The position numbers were made by a program, and so were the translations under genes. Below are positions 48,140-63,243 of a DNA stretch of 64,000 bases, in pieces. The notes below the pieces were generated by a model. The model did not search any database. It saw nothing but the letters and a program-made list of their open reading frames with translations, and was not told the DNA's origin. Position 1 is the stretch's first letter; each line of letters begins with the position of its first letter. Origin of the DNA: the human T2T-CHM13v2.0 reference genome, Homo sapiens; the NCBI RefSeq assembly GCF_009914755.1, contig NC_060947.1; one strand, written 5' to 3'.

Positions 48140-51100
48140 GTTAAAATTAAAGATACTAATGACTCTATTTCCAGTAGTAAAGAGAGCACAGATAGTGCAT
48201 AGCATAGCAGAGTATAACATAGCATGAACTGTTCATAGAGATATGCAAAATATCTGCATTGGATACTTCTAATCAACCATTTGTAAGAAGCAAGGAGCTG
48301 AGTGACTCTGTATATAATCCTTTTCAAAATTCTTTAAAACTAGGAAATATAAAGACAATGGTTGGTTGCTCCTAATGTTGCTCGACAAATTGATGAAAGA
48401 AGAGGATGAGCTCAGGGATTCAAATTCCAAGCTCAAGTGCTGCATAAATGACCTAAGAGCTTCTATTTGTGCCCTGAAGGAGTCCTTTATCTCCTCTAGT
48501 GGTAGGGCTAAAATTGCTGCAAATCAAACACAGAACCTCATCCTATGATTGGCTGGATTACAATACAAGTTAAACTCTCAACCTTGCAGGGTGTCTCCTA
48601 TTAAAGGGAGGACATCAATTGGGAAAGAATAGGATCTTGTAAATTAGAATGGAGATGTGTAGGAAGACCCTGATGAAGCTGAGGACAGTGAGCTCCTAAA
48701 TTCTGAGTCTTCTTTGCCTGTGGAAGAGAACACCCCATCCCAACCAAAAGTGGTCTCCCCAACTTTAGTGCAAGTGGCCTCCCCCAGCTAGTGGCAGCTG
48801 CATCCATGTCCTTGGGGCTGTCAGCCTCTCCACCCATAGTAGTCTTGGTCTTTCCACCTTCCTCTGAGAAGATTAACCCTGCATTGCCTTAATACACTGT
48901 AAAGGCCTCCACTGAGGCAGTTGCCATAAAAGACCATGCTGAGCCTGCCAGGACCCACCCCCACCACCCTTCTTTGCTTCTAGACCTATAACTAGACTCA
49001 AGTCTCAGCAGTTCCCTAAAAGTGAGTTACAATGTGTGACCCATGAGCAGGTCCACTACATTCCAAAAGAACTACTAGAGTTTTCTAATTTATACAGACA
49101 GAAATCCAAGAAGCATGTATGGGAATGGATTGTAAGGCATTGGGGTAATGGCAGAAGGAATATAACATTGGATCAGGCTGAATTTATTGATACAGGCTGA
49201 CTAAGTAGAGATTCTGCATTTAATGTTACAGCTTGGGGAATCATAAAGGGCTCTAAAAGTTTGTTTTATTTGTTGGCTGATGCATGGGCCAAAAGGTGGC
49301 CCACAGTGGGCAAATTGGAAATGCAGAATATGCCTTGGTTTAATGCAGAGGAACAGATTCAAAGGCTTAAGGAGATTGGAACATTAGAGCGGATTTGTCA
49401 TTTAAGATCTACTCATCCACACTGGGAGGGTTCAGAAGACATACCTATTGCCAATACCATGAGAAATATATGTATGAGGGCAACTCCAGGATCCTTGAAG
49501 TGCTCTGTATTCTCTCTTCTCTGTAGACCAAACCTCACACTGGGAATTGCAGTTACTGAACTGGTAAACCTAAATGCAACGGGAGTAATTGGATCATGGA
49601 GTGGAAAAGACCAAGTGGCAGCACTAACCACCAAAGGCAAGGTGAGCATATTTATCATAATGGGCAGCAGAGTCAAAGCAGCAATCAAGATAGTCTTGAC
49701 TCATGCAGACCTATGGCACTGGCTAGTTAGTCATGATGCTTCATTTCCTAGTAGTAAAATAGATAGGAAATCTACTTGATCTGTTATAAGCAGAAAATGT
49801 CTGGGACAAGGGAACAAAAGCCTAACTCAAATCACCAAAATAGAAAGTCATAGCATCTCAATCAATTTCCAGACTTGAGCCAGTTTATAGACCCAGTACT
49901 TTTTTAATGAAAGGGATGTTGTATCACCTCAAGGAAGAACCCTGGTACACTACCAAAAATTTATACTATTAATCTTGCTCTCAGCCTTCCCTAAAGGGAC
50001 CTGCAGCCTTTTACCTGGGTAACTGTACACTGGGGAAAAGGAAATAATCAGAATTTGGGGGCCTACTGGACACTGGTTCTGAACTGACACTACTTCCAGG
50101 AGACCCAAAACATAATGTGGCCTACCAGTCAGAGTAGGGGCTTTCAGAGGTCTGGTGATCAATGGAGTTTTAACTGAGGTCCATTTCACAGTGGGTTGCA
50201 TGAACCCATGTGGTGATTATTTCACCATTGTCAGAATGCATAATTGGAATAGATATACTCAGTAGCTAGCAGAATCTTTAATATTGGTCCTCAGACATGT
50301 AGACTGAGGGATATTATGGTGGGAAAGGCCAAGTGGAAGCCACCAGAATGGCATCTACCTAGGAAAATAGTAAACCAAAGGCAATGCCATGTTCCTCAAG
50401 GGATTTTAGAGATTAATGCCACCATCAAGAACTTCAAAGATGCAGGGGTGGTAATTCCCACTACATCCCCATGCAATTCTCCTCTTTGGTTTGTGCAGAA
50501 GACAGATGGATCTTGGAGAATTACAGTGGGTTATCATAAATTTAACCAGTTGATGACTCAAATTGCAGCTGCTATACCAAATGTGGTTTCATTGCTTGAG
50601 AAAATTAACACATCCTCTGGTATCTGGTATGCAAGCTATTAATCTGTCAAATGCCTTCTTCTCCATTCCTGTCCACAAGGCAACCAGAAGCAGTTTGCTT
50701 TCAGCTGGCAAGGCTAGCAATATACCTTCACTGTCCTACCTCAGGACTATATCAACTTATTAGCCCTGTGTCATAATTTTGTTCACAGGGATCTTAATCA
50801 CCTTTCCCTTCTATAAGATATCACACTGCTTCCTTACATTTATGACATTATGCTGATTGGAGCTAGTAAGCAAGAAGTAGCAACTACTCTAGACTTCATT
50901 GGAAAATATTTATGTGTCAGAGGGTGGGAAATAAATCTAAAATTCAGGGCCTTCTTCCTCAGTGAAATTTCTAGGGATCCAGTGATGTGGGGTATGTCGA
51001 GATATGCTCTCTAAGGTGAAAGATAACTTGTTGCATCAGTCCCTCTTACAACTAAGAAAGAGCCACAGCATTTAGTCGGCCTCTTTGGATTTTAGAGTCA

Positions 51101-54100
51101 ACATAGTTTTCCTTTGCATGTGTTATTCAGACCCATTTAACCGAGTGACCTGAAAAGCTGCTAGTTTTGAGTGGGGCCCAGAGCAAGAGAAGGCTTGGTG
51201 ATAGGTCCAGGCAGCTGTGCAAGCTGCTCTGCTACTTGGGCCATATGATCCAGCAGATCCAGTGGTGCCTTAAGTTTCAATGGCAGATAGGGATGCTGTT
51301 TGGGGCCCTTTTCAGGCCCCTATAGGAAATAGCAGCACAGGACTTTAGGATTTTCTAGCAAGACCCTGCCATCCTCCACAGATAACTACTCTGCTTTTGA
51401 GAAATTGCTCTTGGCATGCTTCTGGACCTGAATAGAGACTGAACACTTGACCATGGGCTACCAAGTTACCATGCAGCCTGAGTTGCCCATCATGAACTAG
51501 GAGTTATCTGACCCACCAAGCCATAAAGTTGGACATGCATGGCAAAGCTCCATCATCAAATGGAAGTGGTATATATGTTATTGGGCTGGAGCAGGACCTG
51601 AAGGCACAAGTAAGTTACATAAGAAAGAGGCCCAAATCCCCATGGTCCCCACTCCTGCTACACTTCTCTCTCCCAGCCTGCACCTATGGCTTCATCAGGG
51701 AGTTACCTACAATAAGTTCACAGAGGAAGAGAAGACTCAGGCCTGGTTTACAGATGGTTCTGCACCATATACAGGCACTGCCCAAAAGTGGAAAGTTGCC
51801 ACACTAAAGGGACATCCCTGAAGGACACTGGTTATGGGAAATCATCCCAATGGGCAGAATACTGGGCAGTGCACCTGGTTGTGCACTTTGCTTGGAAGGA
51901 GAAATAGCCAGACATGTGATCATATACTGATTCAGGGGCTGTAAACAATTGTTTGGCTGTGTGGTCAGGAACTTGGAAGAAAAATGATTGGAAAATTGGT
52001 GACAAAGAAATTTGGGGAAGAGGTATGTGGATATATCTTTGTGAATGAGCCAAAAAGTGAAGATATTTGTGTTCCATGTGAATGCTCACCAAAGTGTGAT
52101 TTCAGCAGAGGAGGATTTGAATAATCAAAAGGATAGGATGACTTCTTCTGTGAATACCACTCAGCTGCCTTCCCTGGCCACCCTTGTCATTGCCCATGGG
52201 CTCATAAACAAAGTGGCCATGGTGACAGGGATGGAGGTTATGCATGGGCTCAGCAACATGGACTTCCATTCACCAAAGCCAACCTGGCTATAGCCACCAC
52301 TGAGTGCCCAATCTGCCATAGCCAAGACCAACACTGGGCCCACAATGTGGCATCATTCCCCAGAGTGATCAGCCGAATACCTGGAGGCAGGTTGATTATA
52401 TTGGACTTCTTCCATCATGGAAGAAGTATTGTTTTGCTTTTTCTGGAATAGACACTCTAGATACAGATTTGCCTTCCCTGCACACAATGCTTCTACCAAA
52501 ACTACCATCTATGGACTTATGGAAAGTGTTGTCCACAATTATGATATTCCATACAGCATTGCTTCTGATCAAGAAACTCACTTTACAGAAAAAGAAGTGC
52601 AACAATGGTGCTCATGCTCCTGAAATACACTGGTCTTACCATGTCCCCTACCATCCTGAAGCAACTGACTTGATAGGCCTCTTGACTGGCCTTTTGAAAA
52701 CTCAGTTACAGTACCAGCTAGGTGGCAATAGCTGAACCCAGACCTGCAAGGTTCTCCAGAAGGCTATATATGTTCTGAATTGGCATCCAATATAAGTTGC
52801 CATTTCTCTGATAGCCAGGATTCACAGGTCCAGGAATCAAGGGGTAGAAATAGGATTGGCACTAGTCACTATTATCCCTAGTGACTCACTAGCCCAACTT
52901 CTGTTTCCTCACCCTGCAATTTTATACTCTTCTGGCTTAGAGATCTGGCCTAGAGATCTGGCTTCAAAGGGAAAAATACTTCCACCAAGAGACATGACAA
53001 TAATTCCATTGCACTGGAATTAAGACTGCAGCCTGGCATTATTCACAATAGCAAAGACTTGGAACCAACCCAAATGTCCATCAATGATAGACTAGATTAA
53101 GAAAATGTGGCAGATATACACCACGGAATACTATGCAGCCATAAAAAAGGATGAGTTCATGTCCTTTGCAGGGACATGGATGAAGCTGAAAACCATCATT
53201 CTCAGCAAACTATCACAAGAACAGAAAATCAAACACTGCATGTTCTCACTCACAAGTGGGAGTTGAACAATGAGAACACATGGACACAGAGAGGGGAAAA
53301 TAACACACCAGGGCCTGTTGGGGGATGGGAGGCTAGAGGAGGGATAACATTAGGAGAAATATCTAATGTAGATGATGGGCTGATGGGTGCAGCAAACCAT
53401 CATGGCATGTGTATACCTATGTAACAAAACTGCATGTTCTGCACATGTAACCCAGAACTTAAAGTAGGAAAAAACAAAACAAAACAGACTGCCGCCTGGC
53501 CACTTTGGGCTCCTCTGAGTCAACAGGCAAAGAAGAGAGTTACTATGCTGGGTGGGGTGATTGGTACTACCAAGGGGAAATTGGACTACTACTTCACAAT
53601 GGAGATAAAAAAGAGTATGCCTGGTATACAGGAGATCCCTTAGGATGCCTCTTAGTATGTGTCCTGTGATTAAGGTCAATGAAAAACGACACCAATCCAA
53701 TCCAGGGAGGATTACTAATGGCGTAGACTCTTCAGAAATGAAGGTTTGGGTCACCCTGCCAGGTTAAGAATTATGACTAGCTGAGGTGCTTGCTGAAGGC
53801 AAAGGGAATGCAGAATGGGTAGTAGGAAAAGGTAGTTATAAATACAAGCTACAGAAACAAGGAATGTAATTGTCATAAATATTTCTTCTTTTTTTAATAA
53901 ATACATCTGTGTGTATCAATCAGTCAATCAATCTATATAAAGCAAATATCTTTATTTTTTTCTCTTATCTCCTTCTCATGTAACATAAGATGTATTGACT
54001 TAATATCCATTTTTAAGTATTGTTAACTTTATACCATAGCATTAAAGTAACAGAGTATCAAAAGAAGGGTCAACATCACTTAAAGACTTTACCTCCTCTT

Positions 54101-54244
54101 CTGGGGAAGGAATTACACGTTTTTGGTTGTATGCAGGATAGTTGTATCATGTTTGGTGGAATTATCACCTTGTTATTGTCTTTATTTAGTGATTACATGT
54201 AGTTTAAGGAATGTGTATGGGTGCCAATTTGACAAGGGTGGACT
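48140..54244 (+). mobile_element. Decayed ERV-L internal region (gag-pro-pol-dUTPase, no env)
   Basis: gag remnants at 48366 and 49261-49779. Protease GLLDTGSEL at ~50060. RT NSPLWFVQKTDGSWR (50316-50642), LPQ and YIYD at ~50836. RNase H FHVNAH, integrase CPIC/QVDYIG and dUTPase-like LPP..T.IPL.W.LRL.PGHFG. PPT gacaagggtggact. Confidence 0.92.
53038..53485 (+). mobile_element. L1PA7-like 3' fragment inserted in the ERV-L dUTPase region
   Basis: L1 3'UTR (gtagatgatgggctgatgggtgcagcaaacc); 15-bp TSD agactgc(a/c)gcctggc at 53023-53037 and 53486-53500. Confidence 0.9.
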
Positions 54245-54777
54245 TATGATGGTTAATTCTATATGTCAACTTGACTAAGCTAAGGGATATCCAGATAGCT
54301 GATAAAACATTATTTCTGGGTGTGTCTGTGAGGACATTTTCAGAACAGATTAGCATTTGAATCAGTAGACTGAGTTAAAAAAAATATGATTGTCCTCACC
54401 TATGTGGGTGGTTATCATCCAACACATTGAGAGCCTGAATAGAATAAAAAGGCAGAGGAGGGGTGAATTCACTCTCTCTGTTTGAATTGGGATATTCGTC
54501 TTCTCCTGCCCTCGGACATGAAAACTTCTGGTTATCAGGCCCTGAGACTCAGATTAGGACTTACACCACTGCCTTCCGCCCCCACCCCCCACCAATTTTC
54601 AGGCCTTCAGACTTGGACTGGAACTACACCACCAGCTTTCCTGGGCCTCCAACTTGCAGACTGCAGATCATAAGACATCTCAGCCTTCATAACCATATGT
54701 GCCAACCCCTTATAATAAATCTCTTTCTGTATATCTATATATTGCCTATTGATTATTTTTCTTAGTAGAACCCTAAT
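54245..54777 (+). mobile_element. MLT2 (B-like) 3' LTR of the ERV-L
   Basis: Follows the PPT; tatgatggttaattctatatgtcaacttgac...ataataaatctc...agaaccctaat. Confidence 0.88.
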
Positions 54778-56753
54778 TTTCCCTGTGGTTTTCCTGAAGT
54801 AATTCTGTAAAAGTTTGTATTTTTTTTCTTCTGTGACCATTAAACTCTCTGCTCAGGTAGCTTAGTGGTTCATTAATGATTGGATGGAAGTTTCCTTAAA
54901 CTCCTGGAATTAATAAGTCTACCAAACTTTGCTGAGGGGCTCTGTGTGTGTATTTGGGCACTCTTTCAATGCTCCAGCATGTAGTTTAAAACTCTTGTGT
55001 TAGCCTTCACATTCTGCTTTTACAGACACTCAAGGTCAGCCAGCGGTGAAAGTTCAGGACCTTCTCAAGTCTTTCCTAAGCACATGCACCACCATGGGCA
55101 TGCACCTGACCTTGTAGAGTCCCAGGAATATGTCAGAGATTCTCAAAGCCTCTAAGGACATTTTATTTCCCAGCTTTTTTTCTTAAAAAAAAGTATTTTG
55201 GTTAGCTTGTTGCTTTCTTCCAACTGTTATCACCTTCTCAGACAGCCAGGATGTTTAACAATTGCCTGAAATTGCTTTTGACAAATACCTCCTGGGGAAA
55301 CACTTTCCACACTGGGCGAGTCCTGTGTCAGACACCTTTGCAAGTAGGTTCTTCCAGAGAACAACTGGACAGGTCAAATAATGACAATTCTTTTGGAATG
55401 AGTGTTTGAAAGAGCTCTAGACTTGTTCTGCCCCCTCTGTTGGTTGCTAAGATAAGAAAGTAGGAAGTAATTTTCAAAGATATTAGGGAGCTGGATAAAG
55501 AGGGATGGGACTAAAGCAAATTAAGAGGACGTTAATCTCATCATTCTTACCTAGTCAGCCATTTTTCTTGATTAAGTGCTCTTTGATTTCTGCAAACTAT
55601 TGGTTAATCTCCAGTGTTCTGAAAAAAGCCAATTCTTACCTTTTTTGATATTTTCCTCATGACTTTTATGGAGGAGAGATCTTTCAGAAATCCCTGGCAG
55701 AGGCTCTGCCATTTTTGGTGACATCATTCTCTTACAGTCACTTTTGTGCCTTTTCTTCACACATTCTTTTCTTTGGGCATAAACTGAACTACAGAAGTCA
55801 TCACGGCCACCGTAAACTTGAGACCTCTAGTTCTATAAAGGGGCTACTGGCAATGTTCTCAAAATGGTAGAGCCATGCATGTTGCTGAGGGATAGCATTA
55901 ACAGGGCCAGAGGCAGAGAGCAGCAAAGGCCAGTGAAGAATGAGAAATGTCACAGGACAGTTCCTCTTCTACCAGTGTTTCTCAAATACTGTGGCCTGAT
56001 AAGCAGAGGTGCCTATCTGGCTCAATCCTCTAAAGGTACCTGCAAATGTCTTTCCAGTACCAAACAAGGCAAGGATCTATCATGATGTGTTCACCTTAAA
56101 ATGGCTACCAGTCCATTTTTTCCTTTTGATATAGAAAATGAATTTCTGGAAAAATGAAAAAGCTAATGGTATTTCCAGTCTCCAGTGTCAGTAAAGGTGG
56201 AAACATAGATGCTCAGTCTTGACCTATCAAAAAGAGAAGAGAAATTGTGTTGTGGAATGAATGATTTCCCCCTGAATTCATGTGTTGAAGTCCTAACCCC
56301 CAAAATGACTATGTTTGCAGATATCGTCTTTATAGAGGAAATTGAGTTTAAGTGAGATCATCAGGATGGGACTCTAATCCAAAAAGACTAGTGTTCTAAT
56401 AAGGAAAGGAAGGGGCAACAGGAGTGCATACACACAGAGAAAAGACATGTGAGGACACAGAGGGAAAATAGCATCTGGAAGCCAAGGAAAGAGGCCTCAG
56501 GAGAAAACACACCTGCTAACACCTTGATCTTGGACTTCCAGCCTCCAGAAGTGTGAGAAAATAAATTTTTGTCGTTTAAGTGACCCAGTCTGTGATACTT
56601 TGTTACAGCAGCCCTAGAAGACTAATACAGATTTTGGTACCAAGAAGTGGGTGCTGCTGTAACAAATGCCTAAAAATGTAGTGGTTTTGGAACTGGGTAA
56701 TGGATACAGGCTGGAAGAGTTTTGAGGTTCATGTTAGAAAATGTTTAGATTGC

Positions 56754-57448
<695 letters not shown>

Positions 57449-57579
57449 ATTGCCTGGAAGAGACTGTTGGTAGGAATATGGATGTTAAAAGTGATTATCA
57501 TGAGGTATCAGACAGAAATGAAGAACATGTTATTGGAAACTGGAGGAAAGATGATCCTTGTTATAAAAGTGATTTTTAA

Positions 57580-57872
57580 GCCGGGCATGGTGGCTCATGC
57601 CTATAATCCCAGAGCTTTGGGAGGCCTGGGAGGGTGGATCACTTGAGCCCAGGAGTTGAAACCAGCCTGGGCAACATAGTGAAGCCCTGTCTCTTTACAA
57701 AAATTTTTAAAATTGGCCGAGCTTGATGGCAAGAGCCTGTGTTCCCAGCTATTTGGGAGGCTGAGGTGGGCAGATGGCTTGAGCCCCAGAGATTGAAGCT
57801 GCAGTCAGCCATTATTGTGCCACTGCACTCCAGCCTAGGCAACAGAATGAGATCCTGTCTCAAATAAATAAA
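57580..57872 (+). mobile_element. AluJ
   Basis: Dimeric Alu; TSD approximately agtgattttt. Confidence 0.9.
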
Positions 57873-58136
57873 TATAGTGATTTTTTAAAACTTGGCTGAA
57901 TTGCATTCTAGTGTTTGTGGAAATTAGAAGTTAAAAGTGATGAACTCAGATATCTGGCTGAAGAGATTTCAAAGCAAAGTGTTGAAGGCATGGTCTGGTT
58001 TCTCCTTACTGTTTATAGTAAAACACAGGAGGAAAAAAGATACATTGAAATAAATTATTAAATCCATCTATATTGCAAAAAACAAGAAAACATGCTGTGG
58101 AGAAAACATGAACACTGTTGCTGGAAAACCATTTGT

Positions 58137-58425
58137 TGGAGGCCATTATCCTCAGCAAACTAATGCAGGGACAGAAAACCAAATACCACGTGTTCTCACT
58201 TATAAGTAGGAGCTAGATGATGGGAACTCATGGACACATAGAGGGGAACAACACACACTGGGGCTTACCAGAGGTTGGAGAGTAGGAGGAGGGAGAGGAG
58301 CAGAAAAATCAACTATTGGGTACTAGGTTTAGTTTCTGGGTGATGAAATAATCTATACATCGAATCCCCATGACACGAGTTTACCTATATAACAAACCTT
58401 CACATGTACTCCTGAACCTAAAAGA
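58137..58425 (+). mobile_element. L1PA13-15-like 3' fragment
   Basis: aactattgggtactagg...gggtgatgaaataatct...ccccatgacacgagtttacctat. Confidence 0.8.
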
Positions 58426-58508
58426 TTTTTTTATAAAATTCATATGTTGAAATCTTAGCTGTCAATGTGACTTTATCTGAAGATAATTTTAAAAGATAAT
58501 TAAAGTTA

Positions 58509-58827
<319 letters not shown>

Positions 58828-58981
58828 TCATAATGGTGGGGCTCCAATTCAATGGAACTATCATCCATCCTCATTAGAAGAGGAAAAGACACCAGGAATG
58901 TACGCACACAGAGAAAAGGCCATGTGAGGACACAGGGATAAAAAAGCCATCTGTAAATCAAAGAGAAAGGCTTTAAGAGAA

Positions 58982-59447
58982 CAATAGCAGACTTGGAATG
59001 AACCCAAATGCCCATCAGTGAAAGGCTGAATAAAGAAAATGTGGCACATATACACATATACACCATGGAATACTATGCAGTGATAAAAAAGGATGAGTTC
59101 ATGTCCTTTGCAGGGACATGGATGAAGCTGGAAATCATCATCCTCAGCAAACTAACACAGGAACAGAAAACCAAATACCGCATGTTCTCACTCATAAGTG
59201 GGAGTTGAACAATGAGAACACATGGACACAGGGAGGGGAACATCACACACTAGGGCCTGTCAGGGGGTCAGGGTAAAGGGTGGGGAGAGCATTAGGACAA
59301 ATACCTAATACATGTGGTGCTTAAAACCTAGATGATGGGTTGATAGGTGCAGCAAACCACCATGGTACATGTATACCTACGTAACAAACCTGCACGTTCA
59401 GCACATGTATCCCAGAATTTAAAGTAAAATAAAATTAAAAAAAAAAA
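58982..59447 (+). mobile_element. L1PA8-like 3' fragment
   Basis: ORF2 end (59008-59208); 3'UTR gcattaggacaaatacctaat...cttaaaacctagatg. Confidence 0.88.
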
Positions 59448-59683
59448 GACAAACTCAACCTGCCAACATCTTGATCTCATATTTCCAGCCTCCAGAAGTG
59501 TGCAAAATTAAATTTCTGTTGCTTGGGCCACCTAGTCTCTAGTATTTTGTTATGGCAGCCTTTACAAACTTTTAACATAGGTGGTGGCATCTTGGATGGG
59601 ATCTTGGAATGGAAAGAGAATCTTTGGGAAAAATCAATGAAATCTGAATATAGTGTATCTAGGAATTCTCTGTGCTATCCTCA

Positions 59684-60050
<367 letters not shown>

Positions 60051-60497
60051 TTAAATGTTTATTTTAACAAAAATTGGGAGAGGAGGGCAGCAGAGGCCTG
60101 TGAACAAGATTCTGGATTTCTCAGGGCAGCAACATTTCCTCTACCACTACTTCCTCTCTCTAGACACATACCAGAGCTCTGGTATGTGGGAGCCCAAATT
60201 CTCCTTTTGGGCTGTCTTCCAGCATATGAAGCAAGGGGTGCAGCACTCTTGATCCATCTCCCTTGCAGTCAGTGCACAAATGTTTCTATTGAAAATAGAT
60301 GGCACTCAAGGAAAATGCAAAATCTGACAGCATTTCCAGTCCCTGATTTCTGTGAAAACACTAAGGCAGCTGCTCTATTTTAGTCTCTCAAAAGGAGAAA
60401 AGGCAAGGTCCTCAAAACTGATGGGCCCAGGGTAGTAGAGGTCTGTGAAGGAGATGCTGGTGTTAACTGGGAAAACTTCAGGGAAAACTTTACAGCT

Positions 60498-61339
60498 TGT
60501 CTGAATCTGTTTGCATTGCTATAAAGGAATACTGGAGACTGCATAATTTATATAGAAAAGAGGTTTATTTGGCTCATGGTTCTGCAGGCTGCACGAGAAG
60601 CATGGCACCAGCATCTGCTTCTGGTGGGGGCTTCAGGCTGCTTCCATTCATAGAAGAAGGTGAAAGGGAGCCTGCATATGCAGAGATCACATGGTCAGGG
60701 AAAAAGCAAGAGAAAGACGGCAGAGGTGCCAGGCTCTTTTTAACACCAACTCTCAAGGAAAGGAACTGAGCAAGAACTCGCTCATTACCACCAGGATGGC
60801 ACCAAGCCATTCATGAGGAATCCACCCCCATGACCCAAACATCTCCCACTAGGCTTCACCTCAAATATTGGAGGTCAGTAATAAAGTTTGGATGTGTGTC
60901 CCTCCTCAAATCCCATGTTGAATTGTAATCCTCAATGTTGGAGGTGGTGCCTAGTGGGAGGTGATTGGACCATGGGGCGAATTTCTCATGAATGGTTAGC
61001 ACCATCCCCACAATGCTGTTCTCATGACAGTGAGTGAGTTCTCACAGTGGTTGTTTAATAGTGTGTGGCACCCCCCACCCTGCTCTCTTGCTCCTGCTTT
61101 CACCATGTGAAGTGCCTGCTTCCACTTTGCCTTGCACCATAAGGAAAAGCTTTCTGAGGCCTCCCTAGAAGCAGATGCCTCTATGCTTCCTGTACAGCCT
61201 GCAGAACCATGAGCCAATTCAACCTCTTTTCTTATAAATTGCCCAGCCTCAGGTATTCCTTTATAGCCATGCAAAAATGGCCTAATACAGTCATATGTCA
61301 ACATGAGATTTAGAGAGAACAAATATCCAAACCACGGCA
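60498..61339 (-). mobile_element. MSTB LTR (minus) with a nested MSTA-like LTR (60879-61289, plus)
   Basis: Outer TSD cagct/cagcc; inner TSD gtcag/gtcat; inner LTR ends ...aatggcctaataca. Confidence 0.85.
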
Positions 61340-62204
61340 CAGCCCAGCTTTCATCTGCTCCAAACCAACATAGATAGAATTACTCTGAATACCTGTCCCA
61401 AGAATTCTCCCTCTGTAAATCTTTCATTCTACCAACTAAGGCAGAATTCAGTCATCCTCAATTTCTCTTTCTATAGATTTTCCTTGCATATAACAAGAGA
61501 AAAAAAGGAAAGAGAAGTCATCAGGAACTTTAGGCCTCTAATTCTGTAAAGGGGCTACCAGAACAATATTTTTAAAACAGAAAAACCAGGTATCAAGTGA
61601 TAAGATATGGTCCCTAGGGCCAGAGGTCTATGAGAAAGAAGTTGGTGTGAACAGGGCAGTTTGGCTTTCATTCCTCATCTGCCACGCTGTGCACCAACGC
61701 CAAGGTCCCCATCAGGGCCCATCTCCCGCCCAACGCTTTCTCACTTTGGACTAACTTCCATCCCAATGAGCAAGCCTGGGGTCTTTGGCCTATTCCTTTA
61801 TGAACCATGACACACTTTCTCCAGAAAGGCAAGACAGGGAAGGAGACATTAGACACCATGAGCCCCCTACCTCTATAGAGGCACTAACACAGCAGTGCTG
61901 ATGAAATGAGAGAGGAAATCCACAGGAACCAGAGGCACAGAGCAGCACTGACCTGTGGAGCAGCAACTACTGTGAACAAGGCTATGAAGTTACCTGTTCC
62001 TTTGTCCCTGCTGCTTTTACTGTGGAGAAAGCTGTTAACTTGTGTCTCAATCAGGGTGCTAGCAGACAACATGTTTGTGAAGAAGTTCTGCTGTGATTAG
62101 ATATTCTGTTTTAAATTTTCTAAATTTTCTGTAATGCGATTTGAGAATATTGTTATCAGTCCTTAGTCTGATAATGGTGATGTATATTGTATTCTTTAGC
62201 AAAC

Positions 62205-62942
62205 TATTATGTTCTTGTATAATATACACAGTGCTTTGCCATCTAATTTGTTAACAAAATAATCCATACTCCATTGTGCCTTAAAAGTGCAACATCAGAA
62301 GTCTGCTTTTCTTGTCTTGTTTTGACATGATTGGTACACACTAGCAAGAGAAAATATCTTACATTCCAGTAAATACTTGCAGCACTCAAAACACTGTCAA
62401 GTTATAGTTATGCCACTGCAATTTGCAGTGTATAAATTATACACTAGTCATGGCAGGAGAAAAACACATGGAACTTATAGCCCTTAGAGGTCATTTTCTA
62501 TTTGTATTATTATTTTGTTGGAGATGGAGTCTCGCTCTGCAATCTCCACCTCCCAGGTTCAAGCGATTCTCCTGCCTCAGCCTCCCAAGTAGCTGGGATT
62601 ACAGGCACGTGCCACCATGCCCAGCTAATTTTTGTATTTTTAGTAGAGACGGGATTTCACCATGTTGGCCAAGATGGTCTCGATCTTCTGACCACGTGAA
62701 TGTTATTATTATTATGTTGTTGCATAGTATACACAGTGTTTTGCCATCTAATTTGTTAACAAAATAATCCATACTCCATTGTGCCTTAAAGGTTCAACAT
62801 CAGAAGTCTGCTTTTCTTGTCTTGTTTTGACATGATTGGTACACACTAGTAAGAGAAAAGATCTTACATTTCAGTAAATACTTGCAGCACTCAAAACACT
62901 GTCAAGTTATAGTTATGCCACTGCAATTTGTGGTGTATAAAT
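62205..62942. repeat. 233-bp direct duplication (62205-62437 and 62710-62942) around a rearranged Alu fragment
   Basis: Both copies read tattatgtt...tatacacagtg.tttgccatctaatttg...ctgcaatttg..gtgtataaat, with about 11 mismatches by eye. Confidence 0.92.
62500..62692 (-). mobile_element. 5'-truncated, internally deleted AluS fragment
   Basis: gagatggagtctcgctctg joins directly to caatctccacctcc (~40 bp missing); the fragment stops at gatcttctgacc. Confidence 0.85.
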
Positions 62943-63243
62943 CAGGAGTGCAAAGCAATGACAGTGCCATATATGGTCTTTGTTGCAACTTCTAAATTCT
63001 GCCACTGCAACACAAAAGCAGCCACAGGCAATGTATAAACTAATGAACATGGCTATGTTCCAGTAAAATTGTATTTATAAACACTGAAATTTCAATTTAT
63101 GTAATTTTTCTCATCATAAAAAATTCTTCTTTTGATTTTTTTTCAACTATTTAAAAACGTAAAAACTATTGTTAGCTCACAGGCCATACAAAAGCAGACC
63201 ATGGACCAGATTTGTCCCATAGGACACAGTCTGCCAACCTCTG
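62943..63243. mobile_element. MER58B-like hAT-Charlie DNA transposon
   Basis: aaaagcagccacaggcaatgtataaactaatgaacatggctatgttccagtaaaatt...ctgccaacctctg. Confidence 0.8.

Noticed and set aside
48140-54244. Domesticated ERV-L gag/pol gene
   Set aside because: The longest frame is 172 aa, there are many stops, the RT catalytic motif is mutated to YIYD, and the dUTPase is interrupted by an L1.
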